The notes below the pieces were generated by a model. The model ran no database searches and was not told where the DNA came from. It saw only the letters and a program-made list of their open reading frames with translations. 39,721 bases of DNA from an uncultured Anaerolineaceae bacterium. Lineage in GTDB: Bacteria > Chloroflexota > Anaerolineae > Anaerolineales > Villigracilaceae. Below, piece after piece: positions 27,009 to 34,087 of the stretch. Location of the stretch: contig CAZPCR010000002.1 in the NCBI GenBank assembly GCA_964585035.1, positions 1-39,721 of the forward strand, written 5' to 3'. Both the position numbers and the translations under genes were made by a program. Every line of letters begins with the position of its first letter. Position 1 is the stretch's first letter.

Positions 27009-28541
27009 ATGCGGTCAAAATTCACATTTTCAAGGCGGGACTTTTTAAAACTCACTTCTCTTTTGCCTTTAACATGGGCTGTTCAACCGCTCACGAAGTT
27101 AACCGATGTCCCAAAGGCCACTGATAAACCTAACATAATTGTGTTGGTTTTTGATGCGTTGTCTGCTCCGCATGTGCCGCTGTTTGGATATGTACGGGAT
27201 ACCATGCCGAACTTGGCAAAGTTCGCAGAGAATGCGACGGTTTATCATAACCACTATTCCGCTGGGACTTTTACAGTACCGGGAACAGCATCCCTATTAA
27301 CGGGGTTGCACCCCTGGACGCATCGTGCGTTCCAATTGGGTGCGGGCGGCATTATCCATTCGCAGGTAAACCATCAAATATTTGCGGCGGTTTCCAATGC
27401 ACTTACCACGTATGGTTTTGCCCAGAACAGGTTTGCAGATTTGCTGTTAAGTCAGGCATCTAATTATATCGATGTTCATATCGATAATAGTAGTTTTAAT
27501 GTGGAACGTACTTTTGTCTATAATTCGCCTCTTTTTAGGAACGATGAGCGCATTGCCTACGCCAGTTTCGAAGATAACATTGTCCAAACCGGGGATGGAA
27601 CTGACAGCTCTCTTTTTTGGGGTTCTCTCTATCGACTGTGGGTTTTATTCACAAGGTTAAAGCTTACAAAAGATTTCGGAGAGAACTATCCTACTGGATT
27701 ACCGGATGCCACTGAATTATTTCGCTTGGAAGATCTTGTCGATGGTGCGATTAAAATCCTCGGTGACATAAAAGAACCGGCATTCACTTATTTACATTTT
27801 TATCCACCTCACGGCCTATATCATCCCCTGACTGGATTTGTAAATAAATTCAATGACGGCTGGATACCCGCGGATAAACCCATCCATCCTTTGGCTTACG
27901 ATCAGAATGATGCCGTTTTTTCTAATGCTACCAGGCTGCTATATGACCAATATATCGCGAGCTGGGATATGGAGGTCAGCCGGATTTTCGATTATTTAAA
28001 AACCTCCGGTCTGTTAGATCGGAGTTACGTCGTTATAACATCAGATCATGGTGAAATGTTTGAACGGGGTGAAGTGGGCCACTGGACTCGCTTGATATAT
28101 GAGGCAATTATGCATATTCCTTTGCTTATCTCAACCCCGGGACAAAAAGTGCGAAAGGATGTACAGACAGTAACGAGCAGTGTCGATATCCTTCCTACTC
28201 TCGCTCAAATGGCAGGTGAACCAGTTCCAGCCTGGAGCGAGGGTCAAATTCTTCCGGGACTAGGTGGCATAGAAACCCCAGATCGTAGCATTTTTACAGT
28301 GGATGCAAAGAATAATGCATCTTTCGCGCCATTAACAGAAACTTCAATATCACTTACAAAGGATCAGAATCGTCTAACCTATTATAAATATCCAAATTTT
28401 GGCGAACTATTTGAATTTTACAATCTCACCGAAGATCCGGATGAGCTCCACAACCTTTTTTCCTCCAAGCCGGCAATCGCAATCAAAATGCAGGAGGAAT
28501 TATTACAAAAACTATCGGAAGTGAACAAGCCATTTAATTAA
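27009..28541 (+). CDS. Tat-exported sulfatase-like hydrolase/transferase (alkaline-phosphatase superfamily)
   Basis: Twin-arginine signal SRRDFLKLTSL, PNIIVLVFDALS (metal-binding Asp) and TVPGTASLLTGLHP in place of CxPSRxxxLTG. Also SDHGEMFERGEVGH. Confidence 0.8.
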   Translation: MRSKFTFSRRDFLKLTSLLPLTWAVQPLTKLTDVPKATDKPNIIVLVFDALSAPHVPLFGYVRDTMPNLAKFAENATVYHNHYSAGTFTVPGTASLLTGLHPWTHRAFQLGAGGIIHSQVNHQIFAAVSNALTTYGFAQNRFADLLLSQASNYIDVHIDNSSFNVERTFVYNSPLFRNDERIAYASFEDNIVQTGDGTDSSLFWGSLYRLWVLFTRLKLTKDFGENYPTGLPDATELFRLEDLVDGAIKILGDIKEPAFTYLHFYPPHGLYHPLTGFVNKFNDGWIPADKPIHPLAYDQNDAVFSNATRLLYDQYIASWDMEVSRIFDYLKTSGLLDRSYVVITSDHGEMFERGEVGHWTRLIYEAIMHIPLLISTPGQKVRKDVQTVTSSVDILPTLAQMAGEPVPAWSEGQILPGLGGIETPDRSIFTVDAKNNASFAPLTETSISLTKDQNRLTYYKYPNFGELFEFYNLTEDPDELHNLFSSKPAIAIKMQEELLQKLSEVNKPFN

Positions 28542-28610
28542 AGGTTATTTTTCTCTGCTCTTTCCGTTTTATAAATATATTTGAATTGCGATTTAGAGGT
28601 GAGGCAGGAA

Positions 28611-29492
28611 ATGATCCTTGTTACAGGTGCTACCGGAAAAACGGGCAGTGAATTGATAAAGCGATTATCGGCAACGGGTGTCCGGGTTCGAGGATTGGTA
28701 AGAAATTCAACGAAAGCCACGGCACTTTCCTCTCTACCTAACGTTGAAATTGTCGAGGGTGATATGTTGCAACCGGAGAGCCTCACTCGGGCGCTCCAGG
28801 GAGTGGATCGCGCCATGCTCATCTCGTCGTCGGATCCCACCATGCTGGACAACCAATTTAACTTTATAGACGCGGCTCGCAAAGCCGGCGTGAAGTATAC
28901 GGTAAAACTTTCCGGTATTATGCCGGAACTCGACTCTCCCTTCCGATATGCCCGTATGCACGGTGAGATTGAACGACACCTCGAGTCCTCTGGAATGGCG
29001 TTTACTCATCTGCGGGCCGGTGAGTTCTTTTCTGCTTATTTTCGGCAGGTGCCTTCGATTGTTTCCAAAGGGGCGTTGATTTTGCCGATGGAAGATGCCA
29101 AAATAGCATCAATTGACATAGGTGATGTCGCGGAGGTCGCAGCCACTGTCCTCACAAATACCGGCCACGAAGGAAAAATCTATCCAATTACCGGTCCCGA
29201 AGCTCTCACCATGACTGAGGTTGCCGAGAAGCTCTCGACTGCAACAGGTAAGTCGATCCGGTATATAAAAGTTACTCCTGAGGAAGCAAAGAATGCCAAT
29301 CTTGCTGCCGGTATGCCGCCTTACACGGCAGATGCTCTATTTGAACTTTTTGCAGAACGACGCAAGGGCAAAGAATCGCAGGTTTCACTCGTTATACCTA
29401 CGATTTTTGGATGGCAAGCCACTCGCTTTGACGAGTTTGTCTCACGAAATGCAGCGATATTCCGAGGCGAGCAGCCCGCGCCAAAGATCTGA
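28611..29492 (+). CDS. NmrA-family / atypical SDR NAD(P)-binding protein
   Basis: MILVTGATGKTGSELIKRL Rossmann motif and NmrA-like length and layout. The ATG at 28611 follows GAGGTGAGG. Confidence 0.85.
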   Translation: MILVTGATGKTGSELIKRLSATGVRVRGLVRNSTKATALSSLPNVEIVEGDMLQPESLTRALQGVDRAMLISSSDPTMLDNQFNFIDAARKAGVKYTVKLSGIMPELDSPFRYARMHGEIERHLESSGMAFTHLRAGEFFSAYFRQVPSIVSKGALILPMEDAKIASIDIGDVAEVAATVLTNTGHEGKIYPITGPEALTMTEVAEKLSTATGKSIRYIKVTPEEAKNANLAAGMPPYTADALFELFAERRKGKESQVSLVIPTIFGWQATRFDEFVSRNAAIFRGEQPAPKI

Positions 29493-29549
29493 CCTCAGGG
29501 CAAAATGGAGTTGTTATTACATTAATCACAATATAAGTCTTTCGAGATC

Positions 29550-29561
29550 TCAATTTATAAA
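29550..29561. repeat. 12-bp repeat TCAATTTATAAA, copy 1 (just past the integrase 3' end)
   Basis: An identical 12-mer recurs at 30700-30711. The adjacent TCCTTTAAA (29566-29574) is the reverse complement of TTTAAAGGA at 30688-30696. Confidence 0.6.
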
Positions 29562-29574
29562 AACATCCTTTAAA

Positions 29575-30558
29575 TTATTTCTCTTTTTCAAATATATCGT
29601 AATATCCTTTATCCAATTCGTCGTTTGAAAGGTGGGCATAACGCTGAGTGACTTGAATATTGCTGTGGCGGGCTAATTCCTGGGCCAGTTTCAAATTTCC
29701 CGAAGCACGTAATACAGTAGTAACAAAATAATGACGGAACGAATGGGGCGTTATGGTTCCAACAGCCTTAACTCCTAACGCCTGGCGAACCCAAAACTTG
29801 ACAATATTGCGGCCACTGGCTGTTGTAATTGTTTTGATTTTTTTGCCGGCACCTTTGTCGTGACGAGCAAAGAGGGGCAGGGCACCCAAAGGCTTTCCAG
29901 ACTCACCGTCCAGGCTGGCGCGAATTGAGAGATAATCCTTCAAAGCCTTCATTGATCGGGAAGAAAACCTTACAACAGCCTGTTTATCGCCTTTTCCAAT
30001 AATGACAGCCCGTCCCTCGTTCCAATCAATATCACCGCGTCGCAGTCCGCAAGCTTCATGGACTCGTAATCCGGTATCTGCAAGGGTCAATAGAAAAGCC
30101 CTATCCCTTAATGCGCGTAACCGCTCTGTCTCATCCTTGATTAACATTAGTTCACTATCTGTTACAAATCCTAAAACGCTTTCTATGTCGTTTATTGGAA
30201 ATTGCGGTAAACGAATACCTGGTCGTCGGGAGCGTTGATGAATGAGCAGACGTAATCGCGGCAGGTTTATATCGCTTAATCGCTCAGCGGCCATATATTC
30301 GTAAAAACCCGCGGTAGCATGTAAATAGAGTTGTTCGGTGGCAGGAGAAAGGTCTTTGAGATATTTAGCCAGCCAAACAATCGAATCTTCTTTGAGTTCA
30401 TTGACAGGTGTGGAAATTGGGTCAAGATTGTTTTTTTTAAGGACCTTTAGAAAAATATTAGTCGCGTTTTTATAGGTACGGGCAGTATGAGCGCTTCTTG
30501 CAAGTTTGATATTATCAAGGTATTTCGCGATTGAAGCAGATATGGTGGTTTTTTCCAT
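29575..30558 (-). CDS. Tyrosine site-specific recombinase / integrase (XerC/D-like)
   Basis: N-terminal SAM-like core-binding domain. Catalytic residues sit in RDRAFLLTLADTGLRVHEACGLR, HSFRHYF and LARHSNIQVTQRYAHL (R..H-x-x-R..Y). Confidence 0.92.
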   Translation of the reverse strand: MEKTTISASIAKYLDNIKLARSAHTARTYKNATNIFLKVLKKNNLDPISTPVNELKEDSIVWLAKYLKDLSPATEQLYLHATAGFYEYMAAERLSDINLPRLRLLIHQRSRRPGIRLPQFPINDIESVLGFVTDSELMLIKDETERLRALRDRAFLLTLADTGLRVHEACGLRRGDIDWNEGRAVIIGKGDKQAVVRFSSRSMKALKDYLSIRASLDGESGKPLGALPLFARHDKGAGKKIKTITTASGRNIVKFWVRQALGVKAVGTITPHSFRHYFVTTVLRASGNLKLAQELARHSNIQVTQRYAHLSNDELDKGYYDIFEKEK

Positions 30559-30565
30559 ATCGATA

Positions 30566-30593
30566 ATTATACGAATTTACGTTCAAATGTCAA
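30566..30593 (-). promoter_or_regulatory. Consensus sigma70 promoter with an embedded GAAC-N4-ATTC palindrome; leaderless integrase mRNA predicted
   Basis: Minus strand: TTGACA (30593-30588), 16-nt spacer TTTGAACGTAAATTCG, TATAAT (30571-30566), then 7 nt (TATCGAT) to the ATG at 30558. Confidence 0.7.
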
Positions 30594-30699
30594 TGTTTCT
30601 GATAATATTACTTATCAAAAGCATTGGAACTAATATTCGAATTTACTAAAATTTCCACCCCCCCTTCAGCGTCATAAGATAAATAATTTTAAAGGACTA

Positions 30700-30711
30700 T
30701 CAATTTATAAA
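30700..30711. repeat. 12-bp repeat TCAATTTATAAA, copy 2 (upstream of the integrase promoter)
   Basis: Identical to 29550-29561. It is preceded by TTTAAAGGA (30688-30696). Confidence 0.6.
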
Positions 30712-30792
30712 TGCAGTAGTTAGAGCCGATATTTATCCCTGATGTGCTCACTAATTGATTTATTTTCACCTCTCCCCCACCATTTTACTGAT

Positions 30793-31581
30793 TTACCTTT
30801 GACCATGTCTGAGTCGTTGACTTCTTTGGACGGCATTAAGTCGCACCTTTTCCTGAGTCTTTTCATGTTTATTGAGTCCGAGCGTAACCAACCAATAAAT
30901 TGTCAAAAAAAGGATGACCAGGAAGGTACCCCCGTAGAGGAGCTTGGCAACCGCGAGGGCCGAATCGGTTCCGGCAAATAACCCATGAAGAGTTGCGCCT
31001 AGATATCCGACCAGGCTGAGTGTATGTATTCTTCTGAATGCCTGCGCACCGATTATTTTCCGAAGATAAAATGTCACGGTAACAAGCAGGGAAAGGTAGA
31101 AACCAATAATTCCCAACCCAACCCATAATGGACGATAGGTGTCAATGAAAGGAACCATTATCTGCCATATCGAGAATGGTAAAAACTGGTCGAACATTAG
31201 GACAACCACGTGCAGCAGTACAAATCCCAACCCAAGCAAAGAAAGAAACTCGTGGAAATCATACGAGTAAGTTCCGTCAACAGTTGGATGAAAAAACTTG
31301 GTTGAGATCGCCATTCCCCATACCATCGAGAGCCACAATAAGAAATATGACGTCAAACCCGCGGCTCTTGTTACATACCACCAGGCTTGTACTGTGTCCA
31401 TGGCAAAAAGGGATTGAAGTGAATTTCCCCAGGATGCGCCAGCGGACGTTTGGCTGAACCACAACAATGCCAGTAGACCGACGAAAATTATTCCTACAAA
31501 ACCTATGATTGCAAAAAATTTTAGGATTTGCCCCCTTGTTGAATTTGATTTTTTATTGATTAAAGACGTGGTCGTAGTCAT
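30793..31581 (-). CDS. Ferric-reductase-like (MsrQ/YedZ-type) di-haem b transmembrane protein
   Basis: Six TM helices. There are two His pairs spaced 13-14 residues apart (HEFLSLLGLGFVLLH and HTLSLVGYLGATLH). The ATG at 31581 has AAGGAG 7 nt upstream. It overlaps the apbE 3' end by 29 nt. Confidence 0.75.
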   Translation of the reverse strand: MTTTTSLINKKSNSTRGQILKFFAIIGFVGIIFVGLLALLWFSQTSAGASWGNSLQSLFAMDTVQAWWYVTRAAGLTSYFLLWLSMVWGMAISTKFFHPTVDGTYSYDFHEFLSLLGLGFVLLHVVVLMFDQFLPFSIWQIMVPFIDTYRPLWVGLGIIGFYLSLLVTVTFYLRKIIGAQAFRRIHTLSLVGYLGATLHGLFAGTDSALAVAKLLYGGTFLVILFLTIYWLVTLGLNKHEKTQEKVRLNAVQRSQRLRHGQR

Positions 31582-32497
31582 TAAGATACTCCTTGCCATA
31601 TTGTGAACCGGAAAGGCAGCCATCACGATCTATCGTGATATACGCCAATTCTGGAAACTTTGATGCCATTTTATAGGCTTCGAGTTCGCCCCCAATCAAC
31701 AAGGCTTTGGCATACGCTTCGGCCTCGGTTATTTTAGGAGTGATAACCGTTACACTTAACCAGTCAGTCTTTGCTGGTTCTCCTGTGCGGGGATCGATTA
31801 AGTGATGCCGGACCTGCCCATTTTGAATCCACGTTCGTTTTGTAATTGATGAGGTAACAACAGCGCACTGACCGACATACAAAAGGGCTGCAGATCGATC
31901 GGGGTTACGCGGATCTTCTAATTCGACTTCCCATCTCGATCCTGAACTCGGTATTCCAACCAAGTTAATATCCCCTCCCGCGCTGACCGCGCAGGCTGAA
32001 GCGTAAGTCCTCAGCAAATTTGAGGCCTTCTCCACAATCCACCCTTTGGCGATCCCTCCCAGATCAATTTCCATGGATGAGGGCAATCGAACGCGTATAG
32101 CTGTTTGGTCAAAATCGATATCAGTTAAGGCCAGACTGGTGGAGTGGTACTTTCCGAAAACTGGATCAGCTCCTTCCGCACGGATTTTCTCCATGCTTTT
32201 ATCGTAACCTGCACGTTTTAAATCCGGAAGGATGGAAGGATTGAACAACCCGCCTGTCTCATCGAAATACTTGAGAGATAAAGTCAACAATTCCATTAAA
32301 TCTTCTGAGACTTTATGCCATTTGCCTGCAGAGCGATTAAGTTCGGAAAGTTCGCTGGTGGGCAAAAAACGACTGAAACGGCTTTCTGAAACCTCGATAA
32401 ACGCCCTCGCAGCCTGGAGCCCTGAAATAGCCTGATCATCCCCCTCCGCTGCCATAAAAATTAAAGTATTCATTGCCCGAAATTCAAGCGTTTGCAT
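31553..32497 (-). CDS. apbE: FAD:protein FMN transferase (ApbE family)
   Basis: FRAMNT, SRFSRFLPTSELSELN, DLGGIAKGW, SAGGDI, VVTSS and HLIDPRTGEP. No obvious signal peptide. Confidence 0.9.
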   Translation of the reverse strand: MQTLEFRAMNTLIFMAAEGDDQAISGLQAARAFIEVSESRFSRFLPTSELSELNRSAGKWHKVSEDLMELLTLSLKYFDETGGLFNPSILPDLKRAGYDKSMEKIRAEGADPVFGKYHSTSLALTDIDFDQTAIRVRLPSSMEIDLGGIAKGWIVEKASNLLRTYASACAVSAGGDINLVGIPSSGSRWEVELEDPRNPDRSAALLYVGQCAVVTSSITKRTWIQNGQVRHHLIDPRTGEPAKTDWLSVTVITPKITEAEAYAKALLIGGELEAYKMASKFPELAYITIDRDGCLSGSQYGKEYLNDYDHVFNQ

Positions 32498-32811
32498 CAA
32501 GACCCACCGGTATGCATTCTTGGCATGGGCGCGGAGTTATTAAATGTTTGGATCGACGGCTGAACAGGTTGTTGAACCTGTGGTTGAACAGAGAGAGGAG
32601 AATTTTGAAATAGATTCCAGCTATTTTGATTATTGCCACTGTTGAGGCCGGAGAGCGGTGGAAGAGTTGGTAAAGGAGCGATGTTAGAGGATGATGGCGA
32701 GCTGTTCTGGACGGGTTTCGGCGCATGCGCAAGCATTATCCAGCCCGCTAGAAAGCTCAATACACTCGTTAGCATGATCCAAATACGTAAGCCAATTTTA
32801 AAAAGTTTCAT
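32497..32811 (-). CDS. Small membrane-anchored P/Q/S/N-rich protein, unknown function
   Basis: An N-terminal TM helix (IWIMLTSVLSFLAGWIMLA), then about 75 aa of low-complexity sequence ending ...PRMHTGGS. Its TGA stop overlaps the apbE ATG (TGATG). Confidence 0.55.
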   Translation of the reverse strand: MKLFKIGLRIWIMLTSVLSFLAGWIMLAHAPKPVQNSSPSSSNIAPLPTLPPLSGLNSGNNQNSWNLFQNSPLSVQPQVQQPVQPSIQTFNNSAPMPRMHTGGS

Positions 32812-32825
32812 TTCTGCCTTTCTTA

Positions 32826-33206
32826 TTAATTATTGATGAATATCCGGCCATCCGAGGTTAATGTGATCAAGCCTCGTTGTTGTAACGCGTTCAACAATGC
32901 TTGGATTTGCTGCATTTGTTGTTGTGACTGTTGTACCTGCACGTTTGCCTGGCCAAGTTGTTGTTGTAATTGAGCTTCACGTGCCTGATATTGTTGATCA
33001 CGAGTTTGATATTGTGCAACTAAATTCTGTAATTGCTGGATTTGCGATTGTTGATTTGAATTTGGATCAACAACTTGCGCTTGTGAGTTTGCTGCTACCG
33101 TGCCATTCGGGTTGAATAATGCCACACCGCTAATTGCAAGCATAGCCCCCCCCACACAGGCGGTCATTAGTAGTGCTGCTAGTAATGCAATGAATTGTTT
33201 TTTCAT
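32826..33206 (-). CDS. Small exported or anchored Gln-rich coiled-coil protein, unknown function
   Basis: An ATG with GGAGG 5 nt upstream. N-terminal signal/lipobox-like LLMTAC, then Q-rich heptad-like sequence (QQSQIQQLQNLVAQYQ...QQSQQQMQQIQALLNALQQ). Confidence 0.6.
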   Translation of the reverse strand: MKKQFIALLAALLMTACVGGAMLAISGVALFNPNGTVAANSQAQVVDPNSNQQSQIQQLQNLVAQYQTRDQQYQAREAQLQQQLGQANVQVQQSQQQMQQIQALLNALQQRGLITLTSDGRIFINN

Positions 33207-33406
33207 AGGTCCTCCGGGCGAGAATATCAGTAAAAGTATACATTTCGAAGATTACGGAGAGATGAAGTCGAATAAACCTGGATTTATAACGTCCTTTCTA
33301 CCCTAAAGGGGTTCCTTCCCAGAATTTTTAGATAGGCCACTTAGGAGGTTGTCATCTTCTGATCATGTTGAAGTGTTAAAATAGAAAGGATTGGGATAAA
33401 AAGATT

Positions 33407-34087
33407 ATGCGCATTTTACTTATTGAAGATAATCATCGTTTGAATGACAGCCTGCGAACAACCCTCATAGAGGACGGCTATGCAGTAGACGCCGCTTATG
33501 ATGGATTGGAAGGCGAAGAAATGGCCTTGGTGACCCCATACGATATTATTGTTCTCGACATTATGCTACCCAAGCGGGATGGTATCGAGGTTTGTCGTTC
33601 ATTAAGGGATCAAAAAAATATCACCCCTATTTTGATGTTGACTGCAAGGGACGCACTCGACGACCGTGTCCTTGGACTTGATAGTGGCGCTGATGATTAT
33701 CTCGTGAAACCCTTCGAGATCAAGGAGTTGCGTGCTCGGCTGCGGGCATTGTTGCGGCGTGAGATGGATAATAAAAGCGGAGACCTCCTGATTGAAGACC
33801 TGCGTTTGGATCCTGCCACTCATTATGTCTGGCGGGAGGATAAACCGATCGATTTGACGGCCAAAGAATATGCCTTACTCGAATATATGATGCGGAATCC
33901 GAACCGACTGATTACTCGGGAAATGGTGATTGCGCATCTATGGGATTACGGCCAAAGCATTGCTTCTAATGTTGTTGACGTATATATAAGGCGTCTACGT
34001 CGGAAAGTGGACGACCCGTTTAAAGTTAAGCTGATCGAAACCATACGCGGCGCAGGGTACCGATTGCACGATCCTGAACGGAAATGA
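33407..34087 (+). CDS. OmpR/PhoB-family response regulator
   Basis: Receiver domain (LLIEDN, VLDIMLP, KPF) plus a winged-helix C-terminus (LTAKEYALLEYMM...VDVYIRRLRRKV...IETIRGAGYRL). Confidence 0.95.
   Translation: MRILLIEDNHRLNDSLRTTLIEDGYAVDAAYDGLEGEEMALVTPYDIIVLDIMLPKRDGIEVCRSLRDQKNITPILMLTARDALDDRVLGLDSGADDYLVKPFEIKELRARLRALLRREMDNKSGDLLIEDLRLDPATHYVWREDKPIDLTAKEYALLEYMMRNPNRLITREMVIAHLWDYGQSIASNVVDVYIRRLRRKVDDPFKVKLIETIRGAGYRLHDPERK

Noticed and set aside
30559-30792. Possible remnant of an FMN-binding domain or a disrupted 3' end of the ferric-reductase-like gene caused by integrase insertion. This includes the 79-aa + strand ORF at 30742-30981.
   Set aside because: On the minus strand, all three frames of this A/T-rich spacer are full of stop codons. 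The + strand ORF mostly overlaps the real gene in antisense and has no motif or SD.
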